Source: Somniosus microcephalus
Lineage: Eukaryota
Assembly (NCBI GenBank): GCA_052327205.1
Contig: CM126207.1
Span: 180,048,001 to 180,112,000 of the forward strand
DNA length: 64,000 bases
Reading direction: 5' to 3'
Shown: positions 1 through 12,500 of the stretch, one piece after another
Layout: each line of letters begins with the position of its first letter
Position numbering within the stretch: position 1 is the stretch's first letter
The notes under the pieces: generated by a model
What the model was told of the DNA's origin: nothing
Databases searched by the model: none
The model's input: only the letters and a program-made list of their open reading frames with translations
Position numbers and translations under genes: made by a program

Positions 1-1607
1 ATTGTCCCAGGACAAGTCTCTCAGAGCCACAGTTTTTCATCCCTGGCTTTGGTAAATACAGGTTGTTGTTGTTGTTGGTATCTAATCAGAAAAAAACAAA
101 TCATAGTTGTCCTCTGTTACAGCAAAATTGCTGTCATCAGGATGTGATGCCTGTTCCTGGATTGCTACCAGTGATGATTCGGTGTTAATGTCAGTGACAA
201 GAACAGGTCCATCAGCCATCTGACGTGTGACCTGAACTCAGGCAGGCAGCAGTAGACCCAGTGTGTTGGTTGCCTTGCATTGCTGCGTGGAGTGGGAGTG
301 GGCCATCTACTGGTTGACCTCTTTCAATGATAGCTTTCTGAGTCTACCATGGTTGGGGTTCATCACATCAGGCCACAGTGACTAAGGCCCGCTGACCATG
401 AGTTGTGTGAGGGAACACTCAGGATAGTACTGGTTGTCCTCAAAATGCTATTTTTTGCTGGCGTACTTCTGAGCACTTCTACACTCATTGGTCAACCTAA
501 TTGTTTACGCAAGGTTGCTATTCGATTCCTCTCAGTGTCATGTCACTTGTACAGCTGATACAACCACAATTCTTCAAATAAAAAGTATCAAAAACAAAAC
601 TCAATTTTGTGTTTCCATTGACCTGACACTTCACTGACACGCTATGTTGTCACCAATGTGACTTTCCCATGTTCTAGTTAAATGCTCCAATTCCATTTAC
701 TGCTCATCAAATTAGCACTTCATTTGCTTTGATTCATAGTAGTAACACACTGTAGCATGCAGCTTTAACATTCCAAGGTCACTGAACTTGCCACTCTTTT
801 TTAAAGGTACCATGTAGTTTTAACGTCTTTATTGCCATAACCCGACATGCTTGGGGAAAATGAGCTATGTACAGCTATAAAGGTCAAGATATTTTCAGTT
901 TCATCACGAAAAAGGAGTAGCTTAGCAAAAAAAAAAATGTCTTGTGTTTTTACAAAAAGGTCACAAGTTGGGAAGTAAATTGACTTGGCTCTTAATGGGA
1001 CACTCACAGTCATTGAGTGGTACATCAATGGATCTGAATCAAAGTTGGATGACACAAAATGCTGTGTCAAAAGACTTGACTCTTAAAATGGACAAAGCAA
1101 ATCGAAATGTTTGCTCATCCCTAGATTTTACTGAATGCCAAGATAGGTTTGGCTTTATCCTGTTCTGTCTAGTGATGTTGGAAACTATGACTTTCGTAGC
1201 ACAGTGCTACTGCTGCGACTGCAGTGTCATTGAAAGGTGGTTCCCACTTCATTGTGACCTGACTATATAGGGGAGCAGCATGAGACCCCTAGAGGAGGTG
1301 GTCTCACACCTCTCGAGTTTGGCACCACCTGCAGTATAACTCGAGTGTGATGACAAACCAGGTGTGCAAAGTGTTCAGGGGGTCTCTGTGATCTCTTAAA
1401 TACTTGACAGACTTAATTGAATGCACTGAGAATGCACATCCTCCCACCTGTGCTCTCCATATGTTTAAACTTTAATTGGCCTGCAGTGGAGCTCCCCACA
1501 GGTGTGTAAACATTGAGCTTCTGCATCTGTCTCAATGTCAATTAGTATCAGTAAGCGTCCCAGTACCAAGTTCCAAGACATCCCACTCAGCACTTTCCTC
1601 CCACCCT

Positions 1608-3858
1608 CTCAGGTGGACATAAAAGATTCCACGGCACTATTCGAACATAAGAACATAAGAAGTAGGAGCAGGAGTAGGCCATACGGCCCCTCGGGCCTGC
1701 TCCGCCATTCAATAGGATCATGGCTGATCCGAATCTAGGCTCACGTCCACTTCCCTGCCCTCTCCCCGTAACCCCTAATTCCCTTATCTGCTAGGAAACT
1801 GTCTATCTCCATTTTAAATTTATTTAATGTTGCAGCTTCCACAGCTCTCTGGGGTAGCAAATTCCATAGGTTTACTACCCTCTGAGTGAAGAAGTTTCTC
1901 CTCATCTCAGTTTTGAAAGCGCAGCCCCTTATTCTTAGATTATGCCCCCTAGTTCTAGTCTCACCCATCAGTGGAAACATCCTCCCCGCATCCACCCGAT
2001 CAAGCCCCCTCACAATCTTATATGTTTCGATAAGATCGCCTCTCATTCTTCTGAACTCCAATGAGTAGAGTCCCAACCTACTCAACCTTTCCTCATACGT
2101 CAACCCCCTCATCTCCGGAATCAACCGAGTGAACCTTCTCTGAACCGCCTCGAGAGCAAGTATATCTTTTCTTAAATATGGAAACCAAAACTGCACGCAG
2201 TATTCCAGGTGTGGCCTCACCAATACCCTGTATAACTGCAGCAAGACTTCCCTGTTTTTATACTCCATCCCCCAATAAAAGCCAAGATTCCACTGGCCTT
2301 CCTGATCACCTGCTGCACCTGCATACTAACTTTTTGTGTTTCATGCACCAGGACCCCCAGATCCCTTTGTACTGTAGCACTTTGCAGTTTCTCTCCATTT
2401 AGATAATAACTTGCTCTTTGATTTTTTCTGCCAAAGGGCATAACCTCACACATTCCAACATTATATTGCATCTGCCAAATCTCTGCCCACTCACTTAGCC
2501 TGTCTATGTCCTTTTGCAGGTTTTTTATGTCCTCCTCACTCATTGCTTTCCCTCCCATCTTTGTATCGTCGGCAAACTTGGATATGTTGCACTCGGTCCC
2601 TTCCTCCAAATCGTTAATATAGATTGTAAAGAGTTGGGGTCCCAGCACTGACCCCTGCGGAACACCACTAGTTACTGATTGCCAGCCTGAGAATGAACCA
2701 TTTATCCCAACTCTTTGTTTTCTGTTAGATAGCCAATCTTCCACCCATGCCAGTATATTACCCCCAATCCCGTGATTTCTTATCTTGATCAGTAATCTTT
2801 TGTGTGGAACCTTGTCAAATGCCTTTTGGAAGTCCAAATACACTACATCCACTGGTTCCCCTTTATCCACCCTGTATGTTACATCCTCAAAGAATTCGAG
2901 CAAATTTGTCAAACATGACTTCCCCTTCATAAAACCATGCTGACTCTGTCCTATTAAATTATGTTTATCCTAATGCTCTGTTACTGTTTCCTTAATAATG
3001 GACTCCAACATTTTGCCAACCACAGATGTTAGGCTAACTGGTCTATAGTTTCCAGCTTTTTGTCTACTTCCCTTCTTAAATAAGGGTGTTACATTAGCAG
3101 TTTTCCAATCTGCCGGGACCTTTCCTGAGTCCAGGGAGTTCTGGAAAATAATCACCAATGCATCCACAATCCCGACCGCCACTTCTCTCAAGACCCTAGG
3201 ATGTAGGCCATCAGGTCCGGGGGATTTATCCGCCTTAAGTCCCATTATTTTACTGAGTACCATCTCCTTAGTGATTTTAATCGTCTTTAGCTCCTTCCCC
3301 CCCCCCCCCCCCCATTGCCCCCTGTTTGTCCAGTGTTGGGATATTTTTAGTGTCTTCTACTGTAAAGACTGATACAAAATATTTGTTCAGCGTCTTTGCC
3401 ATCTCCATGTTCCCCACCACTAGTTTCCCGGTCCCATCCTCTAAGGGACCAACGTTCACTTTAGCCACTCTTTTTCTTTTTATATAGCTGTAGAAACTCT
3501 TGCTATCTGTTTTTATATTTTTTGCTAGTTTACTTTCATAATCTATCTTCCCTTTCTTAATTAATCTTTTAGTTATTGTTTGCTGGGAAGTTCTCCCTGG
3601 TGACCTGGTCAATATTAATCCCTCAACCAACACCTAAAAAACAGATGATGCTCACGCTTTTGGTAATGTCGTGAAGCTCAAAATAATGTTCATTTATTTT
3701 ATTGCTGTTGTGGGAGCTTGCTGTGCACAAATTAGCGGCTGCGTTTCCTACATTACAACAGCGACTACACTTCAAAAAGTACTTCATTGGCTGTGAAGCG
3801 CTTTGGGAAGTCCTAAGGTCATAACAGGTGCTATATAAATCCAAGCCTTTCTTTCTTT
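1608..3858 (+). mobile_element. Deu-type (SacSINE1-like) SINE body and tail, split by a CR1 insertion (pieces about 1608-1645 and 3586-3858)
   Basis: CAGGTGGACATAAAAGATTCCACGGCACTATTCGAA before the CR1 continues as GGGAAGTTCTCCCTGGTG...GTGCTATATAAATCCAAGCCTTTCTTTC after it. It matches the SINE copies at 16163 and 37432. Confidence 0.7.
1643..3585 (-). mobile_element. CR1 LINE, 5'-truncated, frameshifted ORF2 (RT half)
   Basis: ORFs 3277-3633, 2970-3263, 2217-2930 and 1741-2268 carry KSPGPDGLHP, YLDFQKAFDKVPH, SGVPQGSVLGP, KFADDTK and RPHLEYCVQFW. The 3' tail is (TTCTTATG)n. Confidence 0.95.
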
Positions 3859-3910
3859 TACACAGCAACATCACTCCCCTAACAAGTTCTATTCCCTCCC
3901 ACATTGGTTC

Positions 3911-6900
3911 TGTAGTGTATGTACTTTGAAGAAGGAACTATATTCTGCAGCCCCTGTATACTGCAGTACCAGTAGTGACCACTCCTGTATATAAGCCTGT
4001 GTAGTAACTTTGTATAGTAGTTCCAGTTTTGTCGCCATTCAGTAAAAACCTGTTATCACCAACTCCTGCAGTCCGTGTCTCAATTACACACGGACGTTAC
4101 TCTGGCGACGAACAGATCCGAACTTACCTACAGTTCTGCACCACCTCACGGGGATCCATCCCTGAAGCGAAGTTGTTAGAGGTCGAGGCCAGAAGGAAGA
4201 AGTCCAAAAGGAAAACAAAAACAAACAGAAGAAACGGGCGTCGACCGTGGGCAGCCGCCCTCTGATTCATCGAATTCGAAGATTTGCAGGAGAGGCTGTC
4301 GAGAGCTGGGCTTGGTTATCCAGTCTATGGTGTTCCAGCTAATCGGGCTGGTGGCAGGTAGTACACTGATCCTTCCTGGGCTGCGGCGGGCTAGAGCTCG
4401 ATCGGGTGGCTTTTCAATGGGGCCGGGCAGCATTGTCGGGAAGAGGGGAGAGAGAGAGAGGGTGGAGCACACAGGGCGCGGCCGGTGCTACGAAGCTGGG
4501 CAGCGTACAGACCCGAGAAGAGGGAGGAAAGTGTCCCATAGGGTCTGCTCTGACGACGGGAACAGTAATTAAAATAAAAGAAATTAGAAGCGCAGAAAGC
4601 CGCGAGGAGCTGCAGTTTGCCACGGGGACCGCGAAGAACGGCGTTGGCAGCAGCGCGGGGGGGGGAAGTGCGCGAAGACCATAGGGCGTCGCCATCAAGG
4701 CATAAAAACGCCAGCAACAGCGCTAGCAGCAGCGGAAAAGACAGAAAGCGCGGGAGGCGCCATCTTAATCCAGTGGGGAAGAAGGCAAAGCGCGGGAGGC
4801 GCCATTTTGATCAATCGGGGAAGAAGGCAAAGCGCGGGAGGCGCCATCTTAGATCTCCAAGATGCCGAAGACTGGCAATATCACTGCCTTCGATAATGCA
4901 ATAGAAGACTGGACCACGTATGTGGAAAGAGTCGAAGTATATTGCAAGGCAAATGAAGTAGCCGATGAGAAAAAGGTATCGGTACTACTAAACTTAATGG
5001 GCGCAAGAACGTACGGCCTATTGCGGAACCTCATCACTCCAGTCAAACCGATGGTGAAGAGTTTTAACGAAATTGTTGATATCCTACAGGAACACCTAAA
5101 TCCTACACCGCTGCTGATAGCAGAAAGATTTAAATTCCACAAGAGAAATCAGCATAAAGATGAGAGCAATGCTGATTACCTTACGGAACTACGCAAGCTA
5201 TCAAAGCACTGCCAGTTCGGAGCAGGACTGGCAGATACCCTACGGGACAAATTTGTCTGTGGACTCCTGAGTGAAGGATCCCAGAAGAGGTTACTCTCAG
5301 AGAAAGAGCTGACGCTAGATAAGGCTTTCAGCGTGGCAGTATCGTACGAAGCAGCAGCAAGGGGAGCTGCGGAAATACAGCAAAAGCCACAGGAATACGG
5401 CACCCATGAAATGACACGGGGATTTGAAAAATGTTATCGCTGCGGCAGAACAACCCATGACCAGAAGGACTGCTGGTCCAAGGACAAAACATGCAGGCAA
5501 TGCGGAAAGATGGGACACATTGCACGAGTTTGCAGGTCCGGGAAGAAGACTAACGACAACAAAAAAACTACTAAGGAACAGTACAGGAAAGTACAAAAGA
5601 TGACGGACAGTAGTTCCAAATACCAGAAGAGCGACAGTGAATCCGGGAACAAGAGACTAAGCTGTCTCAAACTACACAACGTAATCGCAAAAGAGGATCA
5701 CCGAACCATTTGGGTCACCCTCACGATAGCAGGGTCCCAAGTCAAAATGGAATTGGATACAGGATCAGCCCTGACCGTCATGAATCGACGAGACTACGAG
5801 CGGCTATTCTCACACATACCCTTGAAAGACACATCCATTGTCTTGAAGACGTATACGGGGCAAAAAGTATACCCCAGAGGGAAAATAAGGGTGCCTGTTG
5901 AATACAACGGCAAGGAAATATAGAAATTGTATCTGTACATACTGCAAGATGGTGGACCACCGTTATTGGGACGTGAATGGATCAGAAAGATAAGTTTAGA
6001 CTGGCACTCCATTCAGGCACTGACTGTGGCTGGTAAAAAGGATGACGACGTCACACCTGGACGATTGTCAAAAATCTTAGCTAACGCTAAAGAGGTACTT
6101 CAACAAGGACTGGGAACTCTTAAAGGCGTAACCGCGGCGATAAAAATAGAAGAGAATGCAATTCCCAAGTTTTTCAAAGCAAGACCGGTACCATATGCAA
6201 TTCGCCCAGCCGTCGAGGCAGAGCTGGTGAATCTGGAGAATGCAGGCGTGTTATCTAAGGTAGACTGGAGCGAGTGGGTGACACCCATCGTTCCTGTCAT
6301 GAAGAAAACGTTAAACAATAAGTCTGAGGAGCCAAGGAAGGTTCGCATCTGTGGGGACTTCAAGGTGACCGTGAACCCAGTCCTTCACACAGTACAGTAT
6401 CCTCTCCCGAGGATAGAAGATATTTTCGCCTCACTATCTGGAGGGAAGCGTTTTACAAAAATTGACCTGGCACAAGCATATTTGCAGATGGAGGTTGAAG
6501 AATCCTCTCGGAAATATCTCACGATAAACACTCACTAAGGTCTTTACCAGCATAATCGACTGGTATTCGGAGTAGCATCAGCTCTGGCGATATGGCAAAG
6601 ACCGATGGAACAAGTCCTGCATGGGATTCCGGGGACTCAGTGTTACTTGGACGACATCCTAGTGACAGGTGAAAATGACAGTGAACACCTTGCCAACCTA
6701 GAGCAGGTGCTCACTAGACTAAGAGAACATGGGCTACGAGCCAATCGCCCCAAGTGCGAGTTTTTTAAGAAACAGATATCGTATTGTGGCCACGTGATTG
6801 ATAAAGAGGGGTTACTTAAGTCCCCTGACAAAATTGAAGAGGTAGTTAAGGCTCCAGCGCCTGAAAATGTGTCGCAACTGAGGTCATTCCTAGGATTGGT

Positions 6901-9107
6901 GAATTACTACCATAAGTTTTTGCCGAATTTGTCCACAATTCTGCACCCACTGAACGCCCTACTACAAACTGGAGTAGCATGGAAATGGAGCGATGAATGT
7001 AAGCAGGCCTTTCAGAAGTGTAAAGACCTGATCACTTCAAGAGAAGTATTGGCTCACTACAACCCATCACTACCGATAAGACTGGCGTGCGACGCATCTC
7101 CCAACGACACTGGAGCGGTACTGTCACGTAAATTCCTTGATGGTTCAGAGGCCGATAGCTTTTGCGTCACGCTCGTTAACTTCAGCCGAGCGTAACTACG
7201 CCCAGATTGACAGAGAGGCCCTCAGCCTGGTGTGGGGGGTGAAGAAGTTCAATCACTACCTGCACGGACAGAAATTTACTCTAATAACTGATCATCAACC
7301 TCTTGTCTCCATTTTCAACCCTCAGAAGGGCGTCCCGATAATGACAGCACAACGGCTACAGAGGTGGTCCCTTTTCCTAGGGGCACACCAATATGACATC
7401 GAGTACAAAGGAACTAAACAGCATGGGAATGCTGATGGATTGTTGCGCCTACCGTTGCAGACGGTGGAAGAAGCACCTGCAGTGGATCCTGTGGAGATAT
7501 TCCACTCGACCGTAGTCGAATGTCTACCTGTGACGAATGCAAACATAGAAAAGGAAACATGAAATGACCCGACACTCTCCAGGGTCTATGATTTAACGGT
7601 GAAGGGATGGCCAGCACATGGCGAACCACTGTTGCCAGCATTCTCGCCGAGAAGAGAACAGCTGTCAGTGTGCCGAGGAACCTTGATGTGTGGATCCAGA
7701 GTAGTAATTCCACCCAAATTGAAGGATAGAGTGCTCAATGAGCTTCATGAGGGTCATCTGGGAGGGGTAAAAATGAAGAACTTAGCCAGAGCGTTTGTGT
7801 GGTGGCCGGGAATCGATAGAGAAATCGAAGAGATGACCAAGAGCTGTGCAGGATGCCAGAAGGTCCAAAACACCCCACCACAAGCCCCTCTACATCCATG
7901 GGAGTGGCCCTCATCCCCATGGCAAAGGGTACACATTGATTTTGCTGGTCCATTTATGGACTTGATGTTTTTAATTGCGGTGGATGCACATTCAAAGTGG
8001 CCAGAGGTAATAAAAATGTCCTCAACCACCACAGAAAAAACTATCACAGTCTTACGAACCATATTCGCCAGAAATGGGCTGCCTGAACAGATTTGCTCCG
8101 ACAATGGACCACAGTTTGTGTCTGAAGAGTTCCGGAGGTTCTTAAAGAACAATGGTGTTAAGCATTACACATCCACCCCATATCATCCAGCCACCAATGG
8201 ATTGGCTGAGAGGTTCGTTCAAACATTCAAGAAGGCTATCAAGGCAATGTGTAATGAAGGCATACCCCTACAACACAAGGTGGATAACTTCTTGTTTGCC
8301 TACCGGAATGCGACACATGCGGTTACCAACCAAACTCCAGCCATGATGTTCTTCAATCGAAGACTAAGATGCCGCTTGGATTTGGTTAAGCCAAACATCA
8401 GAAGAGATGTGGAGAACAGGCAGTTTCAGAATATGAATGAAAGGCCAACCAGGAGTTTTAAGATAGGTCAACCAATTTTGGCCCGGGACTACCGCACAGA
8501 GAAATGACAGCCAGGAACGATCTGCACACGGCAAGGACCTCTAATGTATACCGTGGACGTTGGAGAGAGCATTGTAAGACGCCATGCTGACCAGATTCTA
8601 GAGTCACTGGAAAACGTCAAATCCACACCACGATCCGATACACCTGGTGATGAAACCGAAGTACCAATTGCATCTACCTCAGAATCGGTGATATTGGAAG
8701 CAGACGAACCAAACAACGACGTTGATCCCGACTCAACTTTGCCAGAAGAACCTGATACCCCAAAGAGGCGTTATCCGGACAGAATCAGGAAGCCTCCTCA
8801 AAGACTGAATTTATAATTGCTTAAATTCAGCTAATGTATATAGCAACTGTAATTGTAAATATGTTATTTAATTATTAATCGAATGTTATGTACTGTTTAG
8901 CTAAAAGGGGAGGAATTGTAGTATATGTACTTTGAAGAAGGAACTATATTCTGCAGCCCCTGTATACTGCAGTACCAGTAGTGACCACCCCTGCATATAA
9001 GCCTGTGCAGTAACTTTGTATAGTAGTTCCAGTTTTGTCTCCATTCAGTAAACACCTGTTATAACCAACTCCTGCAGTCCGTGTCTCAATTACACACGGA
9101 CGTTACA
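3911..9107 (+). mobile_element. Ty3/Gypsy (Mag-like) LTR retrotransposon A, full-length, decayed
   Basis: 191-bp LTRs at 3911-4101 and 8917-9107 (about 8 differences by eye), TSD GGTTC on both sides, PBS TGGCGACGAA at 4103, PPT AAAAGGGGAGGAA at 8903. Confidence 0.97.
4862..8816 (+). pseudogene. gag-pol polyprotein of element A (Gag with two CCHC knuckles, PR, RT, RNaseH, IN), disrupted
   Basis: CYRCG..H....C and CRQCGKMGHIARVC knuckles, LDTGS, YLDD, LACDAS, HHCC and SDNGPQF. Stops at 5921, 6536, 7560 and 8505, plus a frameshift near 7140-7150. Confidence 0.93.
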
Positions 9108-9112
9108 GGTTC

Positions 9113-9480
9113 CTATCCTTAAGCTAATTCCTCGACCATCTACCTTGGATCCACACCACTTTAGGCTTAAGTAAAAGATTTTCATGTGGATCTTATGTCA
9201 AATGCCTCTTCGACATTGGGATACACCGTGTTGGAGGGCTTTTCTCACAAAAGGCCTTGGAAATTTTTAGACAGGATCTTCCCTTTCTGAACCCATGTTG
9301 GCTGTTATCTAACCGGTAATCCTGACAGCTGGTTTCATTATTTAATCTTCCAGACAATCTTTCTCCATGTAGGGCATCCCAGCTTGAGCTTAATCCCATC
9401 TTCACCCAATGTTGATGTACATGTACCTTTCAGCAGGACTCTCTGCATCCAGAGTGCAAACCCCGTTTGGTTTTCCCTCT
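9113..9480 (-). mobile_element. Degraded CR1 RT fragment
   Basis: Minus-strand translation NSQHGFRKGRSCL (ORF 9193-9405). Confidence 0.6.
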
Positions 9481-9503
9481 CCCTAATGCAGGGGCACAGA
9501 TGC

Positions 9504-12500
9504 TGTGGTGTATGTAACCTGTTCCACCTTAAGAGAACTACCTTAAGAGATGTACTACTTTCTCTTGGCTGCTGTATACTGTAATACTGTAATACCGGTG
9601 GTGACCACACCGGTATATAAGTGTTGTGCAAGGATTTGCTGGGCAGTTCCGCCCTGACCTTCGAATAGTAAAGACCTGTTAAAAGTTATTCTTGTTGTCT
9701 GTGTCCAGTGATTGATCCTAAACATAACTGGAACATACAGACTCAACAGTGGCGACGAGTCCAATCTTACCCTGCGGCAAATTTACATCCAAGGCAGCTT
9801 CGTCCTCAAAATGGGCGTCGAGAAGAGGCATCCGCCCTCATCATCCTGCTGAGCACCATCGCATGGGAGGCATCGAGAACCCGGGTTAAAAAGAAAAAGA
9901 ATTCTGACCACGAAGCCCTCCATCAGCGACAGGCAGTGATCATCCCTTCTACCACGGTGGTGGGTAAGCCGATCAGCGACACGAGCAGAAAGTCGGCCGC
10001 GTTGACTGTGGAGTAGGGGAGGGAAAACGGAGGAATAAGGGCGGAGAGCTCGACCACGGCCGGTAGAAAGGGCCGGGCTGCAATTGAGGCTGAGAGGCGC
10101 AGCGACTGGGGCAGCTTAAGGCTCGAGAGCCGCGGAGAACTCAAACACAGCCGGTGTACAGGACCGGGCTGCGAGCGGGGCTGTGAGGCAAAGCAGCGTC
10201 GGGGAGTTGAGAAGCTTAAGGCACGAGAGCCGCGGAGAATTCAAACGCAGCCGGTGTAAAGGACCGGGCTGCAAGCGGGGCTGCAAGGCAAAGCAGCGTC
10301 GGGGAGTGAGAACCGCTGGGGAGGCGAGAACGGCAGCAGCAAGACAATCACCATTGCAGCCAGTGGGGGAAGAAGGCAAACGCGGGAATCCGCCATTGTA
10401 GTCGGCGGGGAAGAAGACGAGCGCGGGAAAGACCGCCAAGCGCGGGAAGCCGCCATTTTAGTAGGCGGGGGAAGAAGACAAGCGCGGGAAGCCGCCATTT
10501 TAAAAAACTTAAAAAAATTTAAAAACTTGCAAGGATGCCTAAACATGGGAGCATTAATACCTTTGATAGTGATGTCGAAGATTGGACCACGTATGTAGAA
10601 CGCATGGAAGTTTATTGTAAAGCAAATAAGGTACCAGATGATGAGAAAGCATTAACCTTATTAAGCTCAATGGGGGCGAAGACATACGGGCTATTGAAGC
10701 ACCTTCTATCACCAAATAAACCGGCGGATCAGACCTTCACGAATATTGTTACTGTCCTGAAAAATCATTTAAACCCCACGCCGCTGATGATAGCGGAACG
10801 ATTTAAATTTTACAGAAGAACGCAGTTGAAAGACGAAAGCAACGCTGAATTTTTAATTGAACTACGTAAGCTATCGAAGTACTGTCAGTTTGGGACAGGG
10901 CTAGCAGATGCGCTGAGAGATAAATTTGTGTGTGGATTGTTAAAAGAAGGAACACAAAAGCGACTGCTTGAAGAGAATGATCTTACGCTTGATAAAGCTG
11001 TCACTATTGCAGCATCGCAAGAAGCCGCAGCAAGAGGCACTGCGGAAATGCAGCTATGGTCACCGGAACTCTGCACCAATCAAATGGTCTTGAGTACAGT
11101 AAAATGTTATCGTTGTGGAAAGACAACGCACGATCAGAACCAGTGCTGGTTCAAAAATCAGGAATGCAGAAAATGTGGCAGGCTTGGTCACATAGCTAAA
11201 GTATGCCGGTCAGGAAAGAAGACCAGCAACAAAAAGTCACCGCAGGAAAAGTACAAAAAGGTACACAAGGTGACAGAGAACAGTTCGAACGAACAGAAGT
11301 CAGATTCAGACGCCAGCAGTAATGAACTGGGTAGTCTAAGAGTACACAATGTTGGTAAGGAAGCAGACCTCCAAACAATTTGGGTCACACTTCAGATAGC
11401 AGGAGTCCAAGTGAAGATGGAATTGGACACTGGGTCGGCATTGACGGTCATGAATAAGAAAGATTACAAAAGGTTATTCCCACATATTCCCCTACGGGAT
11501 ACGGAGATTGTATTGAAAACATACAAGGGGCAAAGAGTATGCCCCATCGGGAAGATAGAGGTAAAGGTGGTCCACAAGGGCAAAGAAAGCCGAGGAATGG
11601 ACTTATATGTGCTACCTGAGGGAGGTCCACCACTACTGGGACGGGAGTGGATTAGGAAAATAAATATGGACTGGCATTCCTTTAAAGCACTAACGGTAGA
11701 TTCCGGTACAAAAGATGTCAAACCTAAATGATTGTCCAGAATATTGGACGATGCTAAAGAGGTGTTCCAACAAGGACTGGGAGCACTGAGAGGAATTACG
11801 GCAAACATCAAGGTTGAAGAACATGCAAACCCGAAATTTTTCAAAGCCAGACCGGTACCTTATGCAATACGACCTGCTGTGGAAGCTGAGCTGGAAGGGC
11901 TAGAACATTCAGGAGTACTGTCTAAGGTAGACTGGAGTGAGTGGGCCACGCCCATTGTCCCAGTCATGAAGCGTTCATCGAGCAACAAGCCGGGGGAACC
12001 GGGGAAGGTTCGCATCTGTGTTGATTTCAAGATCACTGTTAATCCGGTGCTTCACACGGTGCAGTATCCGCTGCCACGGATTGAGGATATCTTCGCTTCG
12101 TTGTCTGGCGGGAAACACTTCACCAAGATAGACCTGGCGCAGGCGTACTTACAGATGGAAGTTGAGGAAGAGTCACGCCAGTATCTCACAATCAACACGC
12201 ATAGAGGCTTGTACCGGTATAATAGACTGGTTTTTGGAGTGGCATCGGCTCCAGCAATTTGGCAGAGGGCCATGGAGCAGGTATTACAGGGAATTCCAGG
12301 TACACAATGTTACCTGGACGATATTCTGATTACAGGAGATGATGACGAGGAACACCTTGCAAACTTGGAACTGGTGCTCACCAGATTGAAAGAATATGGT
12401 CTTCGAGTTAATCGCCAGAAATGTGAATTCTTTCAGAAGCGGATCTCGTACTGTGGTCATGTCATTGACCAGGAGGGGCTTCATAAGTCTCCTGACAAGA

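Noticed and set aside
1-1600. Possible host exons or ancient TE in unassigned sequence (also 20860-21700 and 27270-28150)
   Set aside because: Only short ORFs without recognisable motifs. Cannot be assigned without a database search.
3297-3313. Poly-C run (and poly-G at about 43407-43424) as a functional frameshift or G4 element
   Set aside because: Homopolymer expansions in or beside decayed repeats, and their length may be a sequencing error.
11729-11731. Programmed readthrough stop between PR and RT in element B
   Set aside because: Element A has CGA at the aligned codon, so this is best explained as a CpG decay mutation.
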